Positions 8,860 to 16,903 of a DNA stretch of 64,000 bases are shown in pieces. Made by a program: the position numbers and the translations under genes. The DNA lies in contig JAFWMN010000006.1 of the NCBI GenBank assembly GCA_017513865.1, positions 2,857-66,856 on the forward strand, given 5' to 3'. Source of the stretch: Bacilli bacterium (GTDB taxonomy: Bacteria > Bacillota_I > Bacilli_A > RF39 > UBA660). Under the pieces are notes generated by a model that made no database searches, was not told the origin of the DNA, and saw only the letters and a program-made list of their open reading frames with translations. Each line of letters begins with the position of its first letter. Position 1 is the first letter of the stretch.

Positions 8860-9945
8860 CTAATTACTCCATTTGTATCTTTCTCTATATTTAGCCATAA
8901 AAGAGTAATCATTAATATCATTTTGAATTCGACCTATAACAATACCCGGTTTAACATTTTGAGAATCTGCAAACCTTTTTATTTCAGATAAACTTATATT
9001 GCTATTTTTTATAAATTCTTCATAATCATTTTGATTAATTAACATGTTTCTAGCAAACTTATCAGCTGCTTTTTCTTCTTCACTTTCAATAAATTGATAA
9101 TCTATATATTGATTAGCAAAATCATCATTTGTTAAGTGACCAATCTCATGGAACAAAGTAAACCAAAATATATCAGAGAAAGATTGTCTTATAGTCATAC
9201 ATAAAACAACTTTATCATTTCTTTTTTGAATGAATCCTTGAACAGGTGCTCCGGTAAAATGTTGAACAACTTCAAATGCTATACCACACTCAGCAAAAAT
9301 ATTTTTTAATTCAGTAACCATATCATTTGCAGGTAAAAACATTGTTCTTTTTATATCTTCATATTTTGTTTTCAATTTTTCTATATCATAACTATTAGTA
9401 ATTTTTATTTTATTTGTAAAATACTCACATAATTTCTGCCATGCATATAATACATATACATTTACTTTGTTTGCCTTAGAGCCTCTAAAAGCAGCTTGTT
9501 GTATAGATAAACTTGGTATACTACATAAATTGTTTAAATTAAGAAATTTTCTCATATTTAAAACGGTTATTTCTTTTTTTGAATTACATTCAATTATTTC
9601 TGCAGTTTCACAAAATTTAATAACATCTTTTAAGTCTTTTAAAATATTCAATTCTTTTTCTTCGATGTTACTTAAACTATTAATTTCGAAAACTTCCTTA
9701 TCATAGTTACTTTGAAGATTCGTCCAAAAACTAGCAGGTATCCCTAAAGCATACTCTAATCTGTTTGCAAACTCAGATGATATATCTTTCTTTCCCCTCA
9801 CAACCTCACTAATATGTTTAGGGGAATATTCAGTTCTTATAGCTAATTCTTCTTGCGACATCTTCTTATCTTCCAAAACCTCTTTAATTGTTTCCCCTGG
9901 ATGAACTAACAAATCAATGGATAAGCCATTCACATTTCCCATCAT
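8860..9945 (-). CDS. XRE-HTH fused to an ImmA/IrrE-family (COG2856) zinc metallopeptidase
   Basis: N-terminal HTH (MSQEELAIRTEYSPKHISEVVRG); HEIGHL HExxH motif in the C-terminal half; overlaps the upstream toxin gene by 32 nt. Confidence 0.8.
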   Translation of the reverse strand: MMGNVNGLSIDLLVHPGETIKEVLEDKKMSQEELAIRTEYSPKHISEVVRGKKDISSEFANRLEYALGIPASFWTNLQSNYDKEVFEINSLSNIEEKELNILKDLKDVIKFCETAEIIECNSKKEITVLNMRKFLNLNNLCSIPSLSIQQAAFRGSKANKVNVYVLYAWQKLCEYFTNKIKITNSYDIEKLKTKYEDIKRTMFLPANDMVTELKNIFAECGIAFEVVQHFTGAPVQGFIQKRNDKVVLCMTIRQSFSDIFWFTLFHEIGHLTNDDFANQYIDYQFIESEEEKAADKFARNMLINQNDYEEFIKNSNISLSEIKRFADSQNVKPGIVIGRIQNDINDYSFMAKYRERYKWSN

Positions 9946-10267
9946 GATAATCTGCCACTCCTTTCAAATTAACCTTCTTACATTTTCTTAATGAATCATC
10001 ATCTAATTTTTCAGATAATGGTTCTACTATTAATCTATAATTCCTATTAATTTTAATACCAAAAAGATTATCTAAGTTTCCTACAAGAGGATGAGGATCA
10101 CCCAAGCCGATATCTAAATATTCTTTAAAGTTATCTGCTGCCCTAAGTTGATCAATTTTTTGTTTCAACGCTCTTGTCATATCAATACCAATAGTTCTTT
10201 TTAAATTTTCAATATCGCATAATTTCTTTTCTAACCTTCTGTTATCAGCTTCGATCTGCAACCTCAT
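9914..10267 (-). CDS. HigB/RelE-like type II toxin with a 30-aa N-terminal extension
   Basis: GDPHPLVGNL...NYRLIVEP resembles the HigB signature GYRLHPLKG...WRITFE; RBS GGAGG before the ATG at 10267. Confidence 0.55.
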   Translation of the reverse strand: MRLQIEADNRRLEKKLCDIENLKRTIGIDMTRALKQKIDQLRAADNFKEYLDIGLGDPHPLVGNLDNLFGIKINRNYRLIVEPLSEKLDDDSLRKCKKVNLKGVADYHDGKCEWLIH

Positions 10268-10356
10268 GCCTCCTTTCGTTGTTTAGATTACCTAATAGGT
10301 AATTTTATTATATACTATTTTTGTTTAAAAAACAATACTTAGTAAAAAAATCATCA

Positions 10357-10392
10357 AAAAACCAAGATATATCTAAAATCTTGGTTTTTATA
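10357..10392. terminator. Hairpin terminator, likely bidirectional
   Basis: AAAACCAAGAT-loop-ATCTTGGTTTT with T/A runs on both sides, between the GIY-YIG gene and the toxin operon. Confidence 0.4.
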
Positions 10393-11076
10393 TTACTTCA
10401 ACATTCCTAATTCTTCCATCTTTTCTTCTCTTAGTTTAGCTAGTGTTTTATTTCCACCAACTTTTTTCATAAAAGCATATATTTGTATAGCTTTCCACCC
10501 AGTTATTTCACAACCATATTGATTAAAGGACATTTTTTCACCCTTATATTCAACATTTTTAGCATCAACTACTGTCGCTACTTCTTCTGGATGATTAATT
10601 AAATATACCTCATCACCTATATTAATAATACCTTGATCTATTAGCCAATCCATTTTAGGTAATTGAGTAGATTTTCTTTTAGTAGTAGCTTCATCTTCAT
10701 CTTCCATTTCTTTAGCTGTTGGTTCAACTAAAACTAAATTATCTTCTAGTCCATTTATTTTAGCTATACAACGTAATATATCATATGCATCTTCAGCAGA
10801 CATTTCAAAGAATTCTCTTTTTCTTTCTTTACCATCTATATTATCTTTAGCTCTTAATGAGGGATTTAACTTATCAATAATTTCATGTACTGTTTTATCT
10901 TCTAAACGATGATTAACTTTATAATAAGCATATAATCTAAAAGCAAAAGGTACTGCTGACTTATCATTTAATGTTTTTAATCTTGAATATACATCATCAG
11001 CATATCCTATCTTTATATAATCCGGAAAAGAAGGATTTTTTAAAATATATATTGCACCTACTATATTATTATCCAT
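10393..11076 (-). CDS. GIY-YIG / T5orf172-like nuclease-domain protein with an uncharacterised C-terminal domain
   Basis: N-terminal GAIYILKN...IKIGYADD...RL GIY-YIG-like motif; sits between hsdS and the toxin module. Confidence 0.55.
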   Translation of the reverse strand: MDNNIVGAIYILKNPSFPDYIKIGYADDVYSRLKTLNDKSAVPFAFRLYAYYKVNHRLEDKTVHEIIDKLNPSLRAKDNIDGKERKREFFEMSAEDAYDILRCIAKINGLEDNLVLVEPTAKEMEDEDEATTKRKSTQLPKMDWLIDQGIINIGDEVYLINHPEEVATVVDAKNVEYKGEKMSFNQYGCEITGWKAIQIYAFMKKVGGNKTLAKLREEKMEELGMLK

Positions 11077-11087
11077 ATTATCAACTC

Positions 11088-12572
11088 CTATCCATTAATC
11101 AAATTATCAATATCATTACATAACGGAAGTAATTGCTCGATTTTCTCGACTATCCTTTGCTGTTCTTCTATAGGTGGTAGAGGAATATACATTTCCATAA
11201 CATGTTCCAATTTTAAATTTGACTGTGCTGATCCTCCACCCTTATGGGAAACAGTATAATGAAAATAAAATGAATTAATTGCATAATATAAATATTTAGA
11301 TAAATCATAATTAAAAGGTGTAAGTTTTAAAACTCGTTGATTTAACAATGCAAGATGATTCAAATCATAAATAGCAGTTTTACCCAAAGGTTCAGGATTA
11401 CTAGATTGAGACGATAAACACATTAAAAAATCACCCTTTTCAATTTTAGTTTTTAACATTTGCTCAGTCGGATTTTCCACAAATGAAGTTTGACTATTTA
11501 TTTCTACAATTCTCTTCATTATATTCTGACTTTTAATTACTGGAAAACCATTACCATTTTTTATCGTTTCAGATGGTTTATATGCATAACCATTTTGATA
11601 ACTAAATAACATCCCAAGTTTAACCCATTTCCAATTATTAGGAATAGAAAAAGGAAATTCCTCTTCATTTAAAGATAAATTAAATTTTTTTGAATTATCG
11701 CTATATAAATCACTTGTAGGAATGATAGATTCAACTTTTGAATCTGTTAATTTTTGCTCCGACATATTACCGTGAATGGCATAATCAATTACTGATTTTT
11801 TCATTTCAGTTTTAAAGGCACTTTTAATAGTGATTAATTCATCTTCAATTGGTTTTATTTCATCCAATTTCTCCATCAAGTCCTCTATTTTATTTACAAT
11901 TCTTTGTTGTTCTTCAAGAGGTGGTAATGGAATTGGAATTGTTGAATAATGAGCATATCCAAAATTTGGTTGAATACCACTCAATTGTTCTGCTAATCCT
12001 CTTTTAAAATACTCTGATTTAATAACATAATATAAGTATTTATTATTACCTAAATCCTCAAAAAACCTCATTCTTAATGTACTTGTATTAAGCATTACTT
12101 CATCAGGTTCATTATAGATGGCAACTTTCCCCCATGAACCTCCAGAGCATGCCGTTACTATATCACCAATATTAAGTTTTAAATGAGAATATTTTTTTTG
12201 ATACTCATCGACACTTACATATAGTTGTTTTTTTTCTAAATCAATTTCTCCATCTAATATATTTGTTACAGAAAAAAGCTGAATACCATTTTCTTTATAC
12301 TGATGTTTTCTTATACCAGCACCTTCTTGAATAATTGAAACATTAGACAAGTATGCCCATGCCCAGTTATTGGGTATTTGAAATTTTGGCTCAATATCAT
12401 CATTATTTAAAAAAGGTTTTTTTAGAATTATCTTTTCTTTAGTTAGTTTTTTTCTAGATTCTATTAAATTTTCTTTTAATTCAAATGCTGACATATCTTT
12501 TTCGTTTTGTTCTGTTAGTTTTCCTTGAATAGCATAATCTAATATTGCTTTTTTTAAATCATCAACAATCAT
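11088..12572 (-). CDS. hsdS: Type I restriction-modification specificity subunit HsdS with two target-recognition domains
   Basis: Duplicated conserved spacer IPLPPLEEQQRIV / IPLPPIEEQQRIVEKIE; 4-nt overlap with hsdM. Confidence 0.85.
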   Translation of the reverse strand: MIVDDLKKAILDYAIQGKLTEQNEKDMSAFELKENLIESRKKLTKEKIILKKPFLNNDDIEPKFQIPNNWAWAYLSNVSIIQEGAGIRKHQYKENGIQLFSVTNILDGEIDLEKKQLYVSVDEYQKKYSHLKLNIGDIVTACSGGSWGKVAIYNEPDEVMLNTSTLRMRFFEDLGNNKYLYYVIKSEYFKRGLAEQLSGIQPNFGYAHYSTIPIPLPPLEEQQRIVNKIEDLMEKLDEIKPIEDELITIKSAFKTEMKKSVIDYAIHGNMSEQKLTDSKVESIIPTSDLYSDNSKKFNLSLNEEEFPFSIPNNWKWVKLGMLFSYQNGYAYKPSETIKNGNGFPVIKSQNIMKRIVEINSQTSFVENPTEQMLKTKIEKGDFLMCLSSQSSNPEPLGKTAIYDLNHLALLNQRVLKLTPFNYDLSKYLYYAINSFYFHYTVSHKGGGSAQSNLKLEHVMEMYIPLPPIEEQQRIVEKIEQLLPLCNDIDNLING

Positions 12573-14056
12573 TCTAATTCTCCAATAATATTCATAATTT
12601 CTTGTAATTTTTGATCTAATTCTTTTTCAAGACTTTCTCTTTTATTTATAAAATTATTCATTGTTTCTTTCGGAGGAAGAATAACCTCTTCTTTAGTAGG
12701 AAAACTACATTGATCTAGATTATAATTCATATTAGCTATATCTTCTTTAGAAAATTTTCTTGATTTCCATGTTTCTGTTAATGATTCATCCTTTTTTTCA
12801 TCTTTTATTTCAATTCTATTATTCCACCAAGATATTACTTCATCAAAATGCTTCAGCTCAACTGGTTTAGTCTTGCTAAAAGCTTTATATCCTTTTGGTA
12901 AATCCATTCTATAAAACCATATATCACTAGTTGCACTGGTCTTATCAAAAAACAATAGATTTGTTGCAATTCCAGTATATGGGGCAAATATAGAACCAGG
13001 CAATCTAATAATTGTATGTAAATTACATTCATTTATTAACTTTTGCTTAATAGCAACTTTAGTATTGTCCTGACCAAATAGAAAACCATCTGGCAATACT
13101 ATTCCAACCCTACCATTTTCTTTTAATCTATATAAAATTTCAACCATAAATAAGTCAGCAGTTTCGGAATCTCTCAGTTCAGTTGGAAAATTTTGTTGAA
13201 TAGATTTTTTTTCTGTTCCACCATAAGGAGGATTCATTAAAATAACATCAAATTTATCATTTGCTTCATAGTCTCTTACATTTTTTTCTAATGAGTTCCC
13301 TCTAATAATTTGAGGTTCGTTAATATCATGTAAAAGCATATTTGTAGTACATAATAGATATGGTAATGATTTCTTTTCAACACCATAAAATGATTTTTGC
13401 AATTTTTCATTACCAGTTGTATTGCTTACTTCTTCTTTCATATGATTAAGTGCAGATACTAAAAATCCACCAGTACCACATGCAAAATCAGCTATTAATT
13501 CTCCAACCTTTGGATCAACCATTTTTACTACAAAATCAGTAACGGCTCTTGGAGTATAAAATTCTCCAGATTTACCAGCAGATTGTAAATCTTTAAGTAT
13601 AGTTTCATAAATTTCATTAAATGCATGTCTAACTTTAAAATCTGTTAAATCCATTTCATTTAAAACATTTACAACTTGTCTTATTAAAACTCCATCTTTC
13701 ATGTAGTTATTTAAATCAGTAAATACTTCTTTAACTAACTTTCCTCTAACATCAGTATTCTCATCAACTTCAAGATCTTTTAATGTGGCAAATAATTGGA
13801 TAATAAATGTTGCCATTTCATCTCCGGTTATTGCTTTACCATCCTTATTATCTGGAGCCCAATTTCTCCATCTATATTCTTCTGGAATTATTGATTTATA
13901 ATTATCTTCAAGAATTTCCCATTCAGATTCTTTAGCATCATATAACTTAAGAAATAACATCCAGACAATTTGCTCAATTCTTTGTGCATCACCATTAACA
14001 CCTGCATCTTGTCTCATTATATCTTGCAATCTTTTTATCATTGTTCCTATATTCAT
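12569..14056 (-). CDS. hsdM: Type I restriction-modification N6-adenine DNA methyltransferase HsdM
   Basis: Motif I DFACGTGGFL, motif IV LMNPPYGG, HsdM N-terminal domain. Confidence 0.9.
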   Translation of the reverse strand: MNIGTMIKRLQDIMRQDAGVNGDAQRIEQIVWMLFLKLYDAKESEWEILEDNYKSIIPEEYRWRNWAPDNKDGKAITGDEMATFIIQLFATLKDLEVDENTDVRGKLVKEVFTDLNNYMKDGVLIRQVVNVLNEMDLTDFKVRHAFNEIYETILKDLQSAGKSGEFYTPRAVTDFVVKMVDPKVGELIADFACGTGGFLVSALNHMKEEVSNTTGNEKLQKSFYGVEKKSLPYLLCTTNMLLHDINEPQIIRGNSLEKNVRDYEANDKFDVILMNPPYGGTEKKSIQQNFPTELRDSETADLFMVEILYRLKENGRVGIVLPDGFLFGQDNTKVAIKQKLINECNLHTIIRLPGSIFAPYTGIATNLLFFDKTSATSDIWFYRMDLPKGYKAFSKTKPVELKHFDEVISWWNNRIEIKDEKKDESLTETWKSRKFSKEDIANMNYNLDQCSFPTKEEVILPPKETMNNFINKRESLEKELDQKLQEIMNIIGELE

Positions 14057-14067
14057 TATTAACCTCC

Positions 14068-16389
14068 CTAGCTATATAAAGCGTTTTTTATATTAGAAAT
14101 AACATTAAGATATTTATCTTTACCTCCAAATAAATTTACTATAGGAACTAATCCACCAAATTTATTGAAGTTTTTAACTTCTAATATTCTTATATTTTCT
14201 AATTCAATTACATCGTGATTTTTATAAGTATTTAATAATTCATCAATAACACTCTTTTGAGATTCATTATAACCGTTAATAAAATCACTATTCTTTACTT
14301 TTTCAATTCTATCATCTTTTGATATCACTTCTTCGCCATAAGCCATATTAGATAAGATATCAAATATATCTACATTGTCATTAGCTTTGTCATATAAAGC
14401 ATCTATCATAACACCTTCATTAAATAAATTATTTAAGAAATCTTTTTTAGAATCAGCTCTATACCATTCTTGTTCAAAATCTTCATATCTTTCATATACT
14501 CTTTTTAGATTTTTACCAGAATATTCAACTATTGATTCTGTAATTAATTTACCATCAGCATCATAATATTTAACCGTTTCATTTAATATGGATACTGGAA
14601 CATCTTTAATATAAATCTTTTTAGATTGTCCATCTTCCACTTCGCCACTTATTGGTTTAGGTACTGGTGGATCAACTAATACACCATAACCTGCTCCGCT
14701 TATTGGTTTATCTCCATTACCACCATCTACATCAATAACAACCTCTGCAGGTCCATTAAAGTTAGGATCTGCAAACTTATCTGAATTACTTCTAAAATCC
14801 ATTATAGTAAAATAATTCTTATTTTTATTAGGTAATAATCTTGTACCTCTACCTATTATTTGTTTAAATTCAGTCATACTTTGTATTTCTTCATCTAATA
14901 CAATTAATTTAACTGTTTTAGTATCTACACCAGTAGATAATAATTTAGAAGTTGTAGCAATAACTGGATAAGCAGTATTAGCATCAATAAAGTCATCTAA
15001 TTTAGCTTTACCAACAACATCATTACTTGTAATTCTAACAATGTAATTTTGATTTACTTGCATCATATCTTTATTTTCTTCAGCGAGTGCATTTCTCATT
15101 CTTAATGCATGTTCAGTATCTACACAGAAAACTATAGTTCTAGCCATTCTATCTGTAGATTTCATATATTCAGTAATTCTTTTAGCAACTACCTTAGTTC
15201 TTTCATCAATTACAATAGTTCTATCAAAATCATGAAGAGTATATTCTTTATCTTCTACTTCATATCCATCTTCATCTAGTTTGCCCCTTTCAGGTCTATA
15301 ACCCTCAAGATCTTTATCTAAACTTACTTTAATCACTTTATAAGGCGCTAAGAATCCATCCTCAATACCTTGTTTTAATGAATATGTATATATAGGTTTC
15401 CCAAAATATGTAATATTAGATACATCTACAGTTTCTTTTGGTGTAGCAGTCATACCTATTTGTGTAGCTCCACTAAAATATGTTAAAATTTCATGCCAGT
15501 TAGAGTCATCTTTTGCACTACTTCTATGACACTCATCAACTATAATTAAATCAAAGAAATCAGGTTTAAATTGTTTATAAATTTCTTCTTCATTACTTCT
15601 TAATTGGTGATATAAAGACATATAAATTTCATATGAAGAATCCATATTTCTATGCTCAACCTTAGTCATGACTTTTTGAAAAGGTTTAAAATCATTTTGC
15701 ATTGTTTGATCTATTAAAACATTTCTATCTGCTAAATATAATATTTTTTTCATTTTTCCAGATTTATGTAATCTATGAATTATTTGGAAAGCAGTAAAAG
15801 TTTTTCCTGTACCAGTAGCCATAACTAACAAAATTCTCTTTTGACCTTTAGATATAGCTTCAATAGTTTTATTAATTGCAATTCTTTGATAATATCTTGG
15901 AGTTTTATTAATATCCATAAAATAATATGGTTCTGTAATTAATTCTTCTTGCTCTGGAGTAATTTCTTTTTCTAATAGATATCTTTCCCATAATTGTTTT
16001 GGAGTTGGAAATTCATTTAAAGCAATAGTTCTTTCTTCTCCAGTAATCATATCATGCTCATAAAACTCATCACCATTAGATGAGTAAGCAAAAGGAATAT
16101 CTAAATCTGCTGCATAATCCATACCTTGTTGAATGCCATGAGATGCTAAAACCTTATTGTCTTTTGCTTCAACAATAGCTATAGGAATATTAGCTTTATA
16201 TGATAAAAGATAATCAACTTTTTTACCTTTACCCCTTTGAGCAATATTTTCCCTAACATTTATTTTACCAGCAGTATAATAATACTCACATCTAATTTGA
16301 TTTTTAATATCCCACTCAGCTTCTTGTAATGCAGGTGTAATAAATTTTAACTTTATATCTTCTTCAGTTAAGTCTTTTTTATTAATCAT
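14068..16389 (-). CDS. hsdR: Type I restriction endonuclease subunit HsdR (short form, 773 aa)
   Basis: N-terminal PD-(D/E)xK (VDYLL...IVEAKD), SF2 helicase Walker A MATGTGKT and DECH box; -10/-35 and RBS upstream at about 16400-16460. Confidence 0.85.
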   Translation of the reverse strand: MINKKDLTEEDIKLKFITPALQEAEWDIKNQIRCEYYYTAGKINVRENIAQRGKGKKVDYLLSYKANIPIAIVEAKDNKVLASHGIQQGMDYAADLDIPFAYSSNGDEFYEHDMITGEERTIALNEFPTPKQLWERYLLEKEITPEQEELITEPYYFMDINKTPRYYQRIAINKTIEAISKGQKRILLVMATGTGKTFTAFQIIHRLHKSGKMKKILYLADRNVLIDQTMQNDFKPFQKVMTKVEHRNMDSSYEIYMSLYHQLRSNEEEIYKQFKPDFFDLIIVDECHRSSAKDDSNWHEILTYFSGATQIGMTATPKETVDVSNITYFGKPIYTYSLKQGIEDGFLAPYKVIKVSLDKDLEGYRPERGKLDEDGYEVEDKEYTLHDFDRTIVIDERTKVVAKRITEYMKSTDRMARTIVFCVDTEHALRMRNALAEENKDMMQVNQNYIVRITSNDVVGKAKLDDFIDANTAYPVIATTSKLLSTGVDTKTVKLIVLDEEIQSMTEFKQIIGRGTRLLPNKNKNYFTIMDFRSNSDKFADPNFNGPAEVVIDVDGGNGDKPISGAGYGVLVDPPVPKPISGEVEDGQSKKIYIKDVPVSILNETVKYYDADGKLITESIVEYSGKNLKRVYERYEDFEQEWYRADSKKDFLNNLFNEGVMIDALYDKANDNVDIFDILSNMAYGEEVISKDDRIEKVKNSDFINGYNESQKSVIDELLNTYKNHDVIELENIRILEVKNFNKFGGLVPIVNLFGGKDKYLNVISNIKNALYS

Positions 16390-16771
16390 AAAACCACTCC
16401 AAACCTCATTATCTTTCGTTTAACATTATAGCATAAAATAGTACTATTTTTAATTGTTATACGATTTTTTTGAAATGATTTTGAAATTTTTAGCTATTAT
16501 GCTACCTTAAATGTGTACTGAGATGAACTAGTGTGAACACTCTCTCCAAACAGAAGAAATTGCTGGAATCTAAATGGTGTCTATAATAATTAAAAAGCCT
16601 TATAAAATAAAGCTTTAAAAGGTGTCGTTGTGGTATCAGGGGGAAGGCCCAACACCTGTTTGTAACAATTTAATGTCATGCCAACGTATTATGAAATATG
16701 TCTTTTTCATTTCCTTAAGTTTACTAAAATTTATTAAAATAACTTTTTTTGTTTGGTGTTTATAAAATGCA

Positions 16772-16838
16772 AATGACACAGTGACACATTGTTTGTGAAT
16801 ATCCCGCGTACTTTATTGTGTCCTTGTGTCATTTAATT
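16772..16838. repeat. 18-bp imperfect inverted repeat AAATGACACAGTGACACA ... TGTGTCCTTGTGTCATTT (16/18 match, 31-bp spacer)
   Basis: Read directly from the sequence; lies between the stop of the 618-aa gene and the hsdR promoter; U-rich tract follows on the minus strand. Confidence 0.4.
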
Positions 16839-16903
16839 CTTATTTTATAGTGTTTTTGTTGTGATTTTCAATTAATATTTTTAATATCAATAGTTGTTTA
16901 TAT

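Noticed and set aside
9914-10180. Shorter start (internal Met, MTRALKQ...) for the HigB-like toxin, matching canonical HigB length
   Set aside because: No RBS precedes the internal ATG, whereas GGAGG precedes the ATG at 10267. I kept the longer form but flagged the N-terminal extension.
12188-13215. Homopolymeric T8/A8 tracts inside hsdS and hsdM as possible phase-variation switches
   Set aside because: Runs of 8 A/T are expected by chance at about 25% GC. The frames are currently intact, and nothing distinguishes these tracts from many others in the window.
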